DNA of 32,000 bases. It comes from Geobacter metallireducens GS-15 (GTDB taxonomy: Bacteria; Desulfobacterota; Desulfuromonadia; Geobacterales; Geobacteraceae). The notes below the pieces were generated by a model. That model was given only the letters and a program-made list of their open reading frames with translations, was not told where the DNA came from and searched no databases. The stretch is from assembly GCF_000012925.1 (NCBI RefSeq), contig NC_007517.1, positions 870,001 through 902,000 on the forward strand, read 5' to 3'. The position numbers and the translations under genes are program-made. Below, in pieces: positions 25,706 through 32,000 of the stretch (positions are counted from its first letter, which is position 1; each line of letters opens with the position of its first letter).

Positions 25706-27046
25706 ATGCATCGGATAATTACGCTCTGTATCCTCTTGTGCTGTCTACTGCCAGCCGTCGCCCTCCCTGCCGATTCGGCGACGGTGCGGGTGCTGGGCGT
25801 TCGCTCGGCCATCAATCCCGTCACTGCTTCGTTTCTCAAGCGGAACCTTGTCGACGCCGCCCGCAGGGGAGATCGCCTCGTCCTCATCGACATGGATACC
25901 CCGGGCGGCCTCGATACTGCCATGCGGGAGATCGTGAAGGATATCCTCGCGAGCCCGGTGCCGGTGGCGGTCCACGTGGCCCCGTCGGGGGCGCGGGCCG
26001 CATCGGCCGGCGCCATTATCTGCCTAGCGGCCGACATCTGCGCCATGGCACCCGGAACCACTATCGGCGCGGCCCATCCCGTTTCCATCGGCGAGAAGCA
26101 GGACAAGGTCATGGAAGAGAAGGTGGTGAACGATGCCGAGGCCTACGCCGAGGGGCTCGCGAACCGGCGGGGGAGAAACGCCGCCGTGGCGCGGCGGATG
26201 GTGCGGGAGAGCCTGTCGCTCTCCGCTGAGAAGGCTCTTGCAGAGAAGGTGGTAGATCTGATCGCCGCCGACCGTGCCTCGCTCCTGGCTCAACTGGAGG
26301 GGCGTCGGGTGGCTCGCCCCGGCGGAGACGTGGTCCTCGGGCTTGCCGGCGCCGTTGTCAGGGAGGAGCCGATGACGGCGCGGGAGCGGATTCTCGATGT
26401 CATCGGCAATCCCAACGTGGCCTACATCCTGATGATGCTCGGGTTCCTCGGGATCTTTTTCGAACTCTCCAATCCTGGGGTGATCCTTCCCGGGGTGATC
26501 GGCGGCATCTCCCTCATCCTCGCCTTCTTTGCCTTTCAGACCCTGCCGGTGAACTACGCCGGCGTGCTCCTGATCCTGCTCGCGCTCATCCTGTTCATCG
26601 CCGAGATCAAGATCGTTTCCCACGGAATGCTGACGGTCGGAGGGGTCATCGCCATGGTACTCGGGTCGCTGTTGCTGTTCGAATCACCAGAGCCCTATCT
26701 CCGGGTGTCGTGGCAGGTCATTGCCATAACGGTGATCGCCATCTCCGCCTTTTCCGTCTTTGCCGTCACCATGGCGGTCAGGGTCCACCGCCGCAAGCCC
26801 ACCACCGGCGGCGAGGGGCTCCTGGGGGAGAGCGGCAAGGCCCTTTCCGCCATCTCTCCCGAGGGGAGGGTCTTCATCCACGGCGAGTACTGGGACGCCT
26901 GGAGCGACGAGCCCCTGGCCGAGGGGGACAGGGTGACGGTAGTGGCGGTTGAGGGGATGCGGGTTAAGGTCAGAAAGACCGGTGATCGGGGACCGGGAAA
27001 GGCCTTTAGGCAAGGACTGCCATGTGATGCTGTCATTATTGCGTAA
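25706..27046 (+). CDS. NfeD-family membrane-bound ClpP-class serine protease (long form with C-terminal OB domain)
   Basis: Signal MHRIITLCILLCCLLPAVALPA. ClpP-like block IDMDTPGG...APSGARAASAGAII. Multi-TM middle region. C-terminal GEYWDAWSDEPLAEGDRVTVVAVEGMRVKVRK. Followed by a stomatin gene. Confidence 0.9.
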   Translation: MHRIITLCILLCCLLPAVALPADSATVRVLGVRSAINPVTASFLKRNLVDAARRGDRLVLIDMDTPGGLDTAMREIVKDILASPVPVAVHVAPSGARAASAGAIICLAADICAMAPGTTIGAAHPVSIGEKQDKVMEEKVVNDAEAYAEGLANRRGRNAAVARRMVRESLSLSAEKALAEKVVDLIAADRASLLAQLEGRRVARPGGDVVLGLAGAVVREEPMTARERILDVIGNPNVAYILMMLGFLGIFFELSNPGVILPGVIGGISLILAFFAFQTLPVNYAGVLLILLALILFIAEIKIVSHGMLTVGGVIAMVLGSLLLFESPEPYLRVSWQVIAITVIAISAFSVFAVTMAVRVHRRKPTTGGEGLLGESGKALSAISPEGRVFIHGEYWDAWSDEPLAEGDRVTVVAVEGMRVKVRKTGDRGPGKAFRQGLPCDAVIIA

Positions 27047-27119
27047 TTCCGTCCCTTGATCTTGATTTCGATTTTTGCCGGTCCCCGGTCCCGGGTCCCG
27101 GCCTCAACAGGAGGCTTCC

Positions 27120-27893
27120 ATGTTCGACATCTTCAACTACGTGCCGGTGGTGTTCATCCTCATCCTGCTGATCATGTTCGCGGCCAGTGCCATCCGAGTC
27201 CTTCCCGAGTACGAGCGGGGGGTTCTCTTTCGGCTCGGGCGCCTGGCGGGCGTTCGGGGTCCGGGGCTCTTCTTCATCATCCCGGGAATCGACAAACTGA
27301 TTCGGGTGTCACTGCGGATCGTGGCCCTGGATGTCCCCCCCCAGGATGTGATCACCCATGACAACGTGACGGTGAAGGTGTCGGCGGTCATCTGTTTTCG
27401 GGTCATGGAGCCCCAGAAGGCCATCGTGGAGGTGGAGAACTACCTCTACGCCACGAGCCAGCTGGCCCAGACCACCCTGCGGAGCGTCCTGGGGCAGGTG
27501 GAGCTGGACGAGCTGCTGGCCAACCGGGAGAAGATCAACAAGGAGCTCCAGGAGATCCTCGACCGGCACACGGGGCCGTGGGGGGTGAAGGTGACCGCCG
27601 TGGAGGTGAAGAACATCGACCTTCCGCAGGAGATGCTCCGGGCCATTGCCAAGCAGGCCGAGGCGGAGCGGGAGCGGCGCGCCAAGGTCATCCATGCCGA
27701 CGGCGAATTTCAGGCGTCGGAGAAGCTGGCCCAAGCGGCGAAGGTTCTGGCCGCCGAACCCACGTCGCTGCAGCTGCGCTACCTCCAGACCCTGACCGAG
27801 ATCGCGGCGGAAAAGAATTCCACCACCATCTTCCCGATACCGATCGACCTCATCAAGATGTTCCTGGAAAAGATGGGAGACAGGAACGGGTAA
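27120..27893 (+). CDS. SPFH/band 7 stomatin-family protein
   Basis: SD CAGGAGG. N-terminal TM segment. Blocks [19 protein letters not shown]-like HDNVTVKV and [18 protein letters not shown]. Confidence 0.93.
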   Translation: MFDIFNYVPVVFILILLIMFAASAIRVLPEYERGVLFRLGRLAGVRGPGLFFIIPGIDKLIRVSLRIVALDVPPQDVITHDNVTVKVSAVICFRVMEPQKAIVEVENYLYATSQLAQTTLRSVLGQVELDELLANREKINKELQEILDRHTGPWGVKVTAVEVKNIDLPQEMLRAIAKQAEAERERRAKVIHADGEFQASEKLAQAAKVLAAEPTSLQLRYLQTLTEIAAEKNSTTIFPIPIDLIKMFLEKMGDRNG

Positions 27894-27912
27894 GCTGTCG
27901 AGGGCGGAAAGG

Positions 27913-27957
27913 AAAAGGCCGCGTCCGGATCGTCCGGCGCGGCCTTTTCTGTTTTCT
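27913..27957. terminator. Bidirectional rho-independent terminator between convergent stomatin and PPIase genes
   Basis: AAAAGGCCGCG(T)CCGGA-tcg-TCCGGCGCGGCCTTTTCTGTTTTC, with an A-tract on one side and a T-tract on the other. Confidence 0.8.
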
Positions 27958-27971
27958 GGGAAGAGTTGCGG

Positions 27972-28991
27972 TTACTTGGAGAGGATCTCGACCTTCCCCT
28001 TCTTCCTCAGCTCATCCACGTACTCGCCAATCCCGGCCTGCACCTTCTGCTGGGTGAGGAACTGGACGATCCGCTCCTTGGCCTCCTCGAAGGGGACGGT
28101 TTCAGCATCCTTCTTCTCGGCCAGCTTGATGATGTGGTAGCCGAACTGGGTCTCCACCACGTCGCTCACCTCACCCGGCTTGAGGTTGAAGGCGGTCTTC
28201 TCAAACTCGGGAACCATCTGCCCCTTGCCGAAGAAGCCCAGATCACCACCCTGGGCGGAACTGGGGCAGGAGGATTCCTTCTTGGCCAGTTCGGCAAAAT
28301 CGGCGCCACCCTTCAGTTGCTTGAGCAGGGCCTCGGCCTTCTCCTTGGCCTTTTTCTTCTCTTCCGGAGATGCCTTCTGATCCGCGCTCACGAGGATGTG
28401 GCTGGCGCGGACCGCTTCCTCCCGGCGGAACTTGTCCTTGTTGTCGTTGTAGAATTTCTTCGCCTCGTCGTCCGTGATCTTGGTGTTGGCGACGATCTTC
28501 GTCTCAATCAGGTTGCCGATGACCATGTCTTCCCTGGTGAAGGTCTCGACCTCCTTCTCGGTCATGTCCATCTCCTTCAGGGCCTTCTCGTAGTCGGCCT
28601 GGGACTTGAAGCGGGCCTTGTGCTCGGCCACCTTTTCCTGGATCTTCTTGTCCAGATCCTTGATCTCCTGCTTCTTGCCGGCCTGGAAGAGGAGTTCCTT
28701 GGCGATGAGCTGGTTGAGGGCCGCTTCCTCAACCTTCTTCGACATCTCGTCGTTCATGGCGGCACTCGCCATCTGGTTCCGGGAGAGGATGATCTTCTTC
28801 GCCCGCTCCAGTTCGGCTCTGGTGATGTCGACGCCGTTCACCCGGGCAACCGCTGTCGTGGCAGACGGGGCCTCACCCGCCTTCGCGTCCGCCTTGGCTG
28901 TGGGGGCAGCGTTCGCCCCGGCAGTGCCGGCAAGAAGGGCGATCGCCGAGAGGGCGATGATCTGTCTGCGGGCTGTTTTGAATACGTTCAT
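27972..28991 (-). CDS. Periplasmic PpiC/parvulin-type peptidyl-prolyl isomerase (SurA/PrsA-like chaperone)
   Basis: Signal peptide ALSAIALLAGTAGANA. Parvulin core ASHILV...GGDLGFFGKGQMVPEFE...S.VVETQFGYHIIK. SD AAGGAG. Confidence 0.92.
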   Translation of the reverse strand: MNVFKTARRQIIALSAIALLAGTAGANAAPTAKADAKAGEAPSATTAVARVNGVDITRAELERAKKIILSRNQMASAAMNDEMSKKVEEAALNQLIAKELLFQAGKKQEIKDLDKKIQEKVAEHKARFKSQADYEKALKEMDMTEKEVETFTREDMVIGNLIETKIVANTKITDDEAKKFYNDNKDKFRREEAVRASHILVSADQKASPEEKKKAKEKAEALLKQLKGGADFAELAKKESSCPSSAQGGDLGFFGKGQMVPEFEKTAFNLKPGEVSDVVETQFGYHIIKLAEKKDAETVPFEEAKERIVQFLTQQKVQAGIGEYVDELRKKGKVEILSK

Positions 28992-29064
28992 GCGGTGTTA
29001 TCTCCTTGGCTGAAATGAAAGCACGATAAATCGTACCACCCCTTGACGGGGTTGTTAAGGGTAA

Positions 29065-29092
29065 ATTTTACTGTCTTTAGGCGGTTTTGCAA
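29065..29092 (-). promoter_or_regulatory. Candidate sigma70-type promoter for the PPIase gene
   Basis: On the minus strand: TTGCAA (29092-29087), 16-nt spacer, TAAAAT (29070-29065). Confidence 0.35.
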
Positions 29093-29261
29093 TCAGGTAA
29101 AACAAAAGTTTATTCTTGACAACAATTGTTCGATTTGTTTTTATGCAGAAACTATAAATGTGCGCATAACTATTCAAAATAACGAAATAATTTTAGTTTG
29201 AATAAAGTTTTATCTTGCTTGTAGATGTTTTATTTTACGTAAAAACACTGGGGAGGACCGG

Positions 29262-32000
29262 ATGGAGAAGAGAAAGTTCAGGAAGGTAATGGCCGCCAAC
29301 CGCGGCGAGATTGCGATTCGTATTTTCCGGGCCTGCACGGAGCTCGGGATCAGCACCGTTGCCATATACTCGGAGGAGGATAAGCTGTCGCTCCACCGTT
29401 ACAAGGCCGACGAGGCATATCTGGTGGGGAAGGGGAAGAATCCCATCGACGCCTATCTTGGTATCGACGAGATCATCGCCATCGCCAAGAAGTATGACGT
29501 GGACGCCATCCATCCCGGCTACGGCTTCCTCTCGGAGAACGCCGAGTTCGCCGAGAAGTGCGAAGCGTCGGGGATCGCCTTCATCGGCCCCACGGCCGAG
29601 ATGCAGCGTGCCCTGGGGGACAAGGTGTCGGCCCGCAAGGTGGCCATGGCCGCCGGCGTCACCACCGTCCCCGGCACCGAGGACCCCATCGAGCACGAGG
29701 AAGAGGCCCTCATCTTCGCCAAGAACTACGGCTACCCCATCATCATCAAGGCGGCGGCCGGTGGCGGCGGGCGCGGCATGCGGGTGGCCCGGACCAAGAA
29801 GGAGCTCCTCGAAGGGCTCGTGGCGGCCCGCAGCGAGGCCAAGGCGGCCTTCGGCAACCCAGCGGTCTTCCTGGAGCGCTACATTGAGAATCCGAAGCAT
29901 ATCGAGGTGCAGGTCCTGGGCGACATGCACGGCAACCTGGTCCACTTCTTCGAGCGGGACTGCTCCATCCAGCGCCGCCACCAGAAGGTGGTGGAATTCG
30001 CCCCGGCCCTCTGCCTGAGCCAGGAGACCCGCGAGGCGATCTGCGCCGCGGCCCTCAAGATCGCCGGCCAGGTGGGATACCGCAATGCCGGTACTGTCGA
30101 GTTCCTCCTGGACCAGGAGGGGAACTTCTTCTTCATCGAGATGAACCCCCGTATCCAGGTGGAGCACACGGTGACCGAAATGATCACCGGCCGCAACCTG
30201 GTCCAGGCCCAGATCCTCGTGGCCGAGGGGAAAAAACTCTCCGATGCCCCCATCAACATCCCCAACCAGGAAGCCATCGCCATGCGGGGGTACGCCATCC
30301 AGTGCCGGATCACCACCGAGGACCCGAACAACAACTTCGCCCCGGACTTCGGCACCATCACCACCTATCGCTCCTCGGCGGGTTTTGGAGTGCGGCTCGA
30401 CGCCGGCAACGCCTTTACCGGTTCGGTGATCACTCCCCACTATGACTCGCTCCTCGTGAAGGTCACCTCCTGGGGGCTCACCTTCGACGAAGCAGCCCAC
30501 ATCATGAACCGCTCGCTCCAGGAATTCCGGGTCCGGGGGGTCAAGACCAACATCGGCTTCCTGGAGAACGTCATCACCCACCGGGTCTTCCTCGACGGCA
30601 AGTGTGATACCTCCTTCATCGAGAAACACTCGGAACTGCTGCAGATTATCGAGAAGAAGGACCGGGCCACGAAGGTTCTCAGCTTCCTCGGTGACGTCAT
30701 CGTCAACGGTTCGCCGGGAATCACGAAGCCCCTCAAGTCGGCGGAGCTCATGGAGGCCCATGTGCCGGAGGTGGATCTCACCCAGCCCCGCCCCGCCGGG
30801 AGCCGCGACCTCCTCATGAAGCTCGGGGCCGAAGGGCTCTCCAAGTGGATCCTTGAGCAGAAGAAGCTTCTCATCACCGACACCACCATGCGTGACGCCC
30901 ACCAGTCGAACCTAGCCACCCGGGTCCGCACCTATGATCTCCTGAAGATTGCCGAGCCCACTTCCTATCTCGGTGCCGGGCTTTTCTCCATCGAGTGCTG
31001 GGGGGGCGCCACCTTCGACGTCTCCATGCGCTTCCTGAAGGAAGACCCGTGGCAGCGGCTCCACAAGCTCTCGGAAGCGATCCCCAACGTTCTCTTCCAG
31101 ATGCTCCTGCGGGGCTCCAACGCCGTGGGGTACACCAACTACCCGGACAACGTGGTGCAGCGCTTCGTGGAGGAGGCGGCCTCCTCCGGCATAGACATCT
31201 TCCGGGTCTTCGACTCCCTCAACTGGACCCGCGGCATGGCCGTAGCCATGGAGGCGGTCCGCAAGAGCGGCAAGATCTGCGAGGCGGCCATCTGCTACAC
31301 CGGCGACATCACCGATCCGACCCGGGACAAGTATCCCCTGGAATACTACGTGAACATGGCCAAGGAACTGGAGCAGATGGGGGCCCACATCCTCGCCATC
31401 AAGGACATGGCTGGCCTCCTGAAGCCCTTCGCCGCCTACAAACTGGTGAAGGCCCTCAAGGAGAACATCGGCATCCCGGTCCACCTCCATACTCACGACA
31501 CCTCCTCCAATGGGAGCGCCACGCTCCTCATGGCCTGCCAGGCAGGGGTCGACATCGTCGACGCGGCCCTGTCGTCCCTGTCGGGGCTCACGGCCCAACC
31601 GAACCTGAACGCCTTGGTGGCGGCCCTGAAGGGGACCGAGTGGGACACCCGGCTGGATGAGGACGGGCTCCAGAAACTGGCCAACTACTGGGAGACGGTG
31701 CGCGACTACTACGCCCCCTTCGAGTCAGGGCTCAAGAACGGCACCGCCGAGGTCTACCACCACGAGATTCCCGGCGGCCAGTACTCCAACTACAAGCCCC
31801 AGGTGGCCGGCCTCGGCCTCCTGGATCGCTGGGAGGAGTGCAAGGAGATGTACCACAAGGTGAACCTCCTCTTCGGCGACATCGTGAAGGTCACGCCGTC
31901 CTCCAAGGTGGTGGGGGATATGGCCATGTTCCTCGTGAAGAACAACCTGGATGTACAGGATGTCTTTACACAGGGTGATGAGCTTGCCTTCCCCGAGTCG
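29262..32000 (+). CDS. pyc: Pyruvate carboxylase, single-chain (biotin carboxylase plus carboxyltransferase domains); 3' end beyond the window
   Basis: Absent from the ORF track because it is open at the right edge. SD GGGGAGGA, ATG at 29262. MAANRGEIAIRIFRAC, IIKAAAGGGGRGMR, EMNPRIQVEHTVTE, TTMRDAHQS, FSIECWGGATFD and HTHDTSSNG. 913 codons stay in frame to 32000. The minus ORF 29235..30902 is an antisense shadow. Confidence 0.97.
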   Translation, partial: MEKRKFRKVMAANRGEIAIRIFRACTELGISTVAIYSEEDKLSLHRYKADEAYLVGKGKNPIDAYLGIDEIIAIAKKYDVDAIHPGYGFLSENAEFAEKCEASGIAFIGPTAEMQRALGDKVSARKVAMAAGVTTVPGTEDPIEHEEEALIFAKNYGYPIIIKAAAGGGGRGMRVARTKKELLEGLVAARSEAKAAFGNPAVFLERYIENPKHIEVQVLGDMHGNLVHFFERDCSIQRRHQKVVEFAPALCLSQETREAICAAALKIAGQVGYRNAGTVEFLLDQEGNFFFIEMNPRIQVEHTVTEMITGRNLVQAQILVAEGKKLSDAPINIPNQEAIAMRGYAIQCRITTEDPNNNFAPDFGTITTYRSSAGFGVRLDAGNAFTGSVITPHYDSLLVKVTSWGLTFDEAAHIMNRSLQEFRVRGVKTNIGFLENVITHRVFLDGKCDTSFIEKHSELLQIIEKKDRATKVLSFLGDVIVNGSPGITKPLKSAELMEAHVPEVDLTQPRPAGSRDLLMKLGAEGLSKWILEQKKLLITDTTMRDAHQSNLATRVRTYDLLKIAEPTSYLGAGLFSIECWGGATFDVSMRFLKEDPWQRLHKLSEAIPNVLFQMLLRGSNAVGYTNYPDNVVQRFVEEAASSGIDIFRVFDSLNWTRGMAVAMEAVRKSGKICEAAICYTGDITDPTRDKYPLEYYVNMAKELEQMGAHILAIKDMAGLLKPFAAYKLVKALKENIGIPVHLHTHDTSSNGSATLLMACQAGVDIVDAALSSLSGLTAQPNLNALVAALKGTEWDTRLDEDGLQKLANYWETVRDYYAPFESGLKNGTAEVYHHEIPGGQYSNYKPQVAGLGLLDRWEECKEMYHKVNLLFGDIVKVTPSSKVVGDMAMFLVKNNLDVQDVFTQGDELAFPES

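Noticed and set aside
27075-27119. Upstream start for the stomatin gene, and the GGTCCC(C/G) triple repeat at 27081-27102
   Set aside because: The ATG at 27120 has a canonical SD (CAGGAGG) and gives the family-typical N-terminal TM segment. The repeat is a short low-complexity run in the spacer with no partner elsewhere.

Overview
High-GC chromosomal segment whose gene content looks like Geobacter/Desulfuromonadales (inference only; nothing was searched). I support about 27 protein genes. The two edge genes are missing from the supplied ORF track because they are open at the window ends: a GapN-like aldehyde dehydrogenase (1..1451, minus) and pyruvate carboxylase (29262..32000, plus). Between them, in order: dienelactone hydrolase, PrcB-like lipoprotein, small alpha/beta hydrolase, a truncated Gp37/Gp68(DUF5131)-like protein, rsgA, a tightly coupled minus-strand operon (PEP-CTERM protein, CAP/SCP protein, SAM methyltransferase), a LysE exporter, a chemoreceptor interrupted by a complete ISL3-family IS, phnA/yjdM, an OM beta-barrel protein, a TetR-controlled redox/detox operon (quinone oxidoreductase, flavin reductase, MFS, QueG/RdhA-like Fe-S protein), a second TetR with an RND tripartite efflux operon, an orphan sigma54 response regulator, an NfeD-stomatin pair and a SurA/PrsA-like PPIase. 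No rRNA, tRNA or CRISPR was seen. Main findings: (1) the IS has 26-bp IRs and an 8-bp AAAAAAAA target duplication. It separates the chemoreceptor body from its ATG, SD and a sigma28-type promoter, yet leaves that body in frame 9 nt behind the transposase stop. (2) Two related inverted-repeat elements built from tandem 7-8-nt units (CACGGAG / CAACAGAG) sit at both intercistronic junctions of the RND operon. The second lies inside the apparent 5' coding region of the outer-membrane factor. (3) Both TetR genes have duplicated operator sites. (4) The RND pump has a Cys-rich cytoplasmic linker. (5) The DUF5131-like protein lacks its N-terminal Cys module. I found no recognisable defence or toxin system. 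Most long ORFs in the track that overlap these genes on the opposite strand are high-GC antisense shadows.
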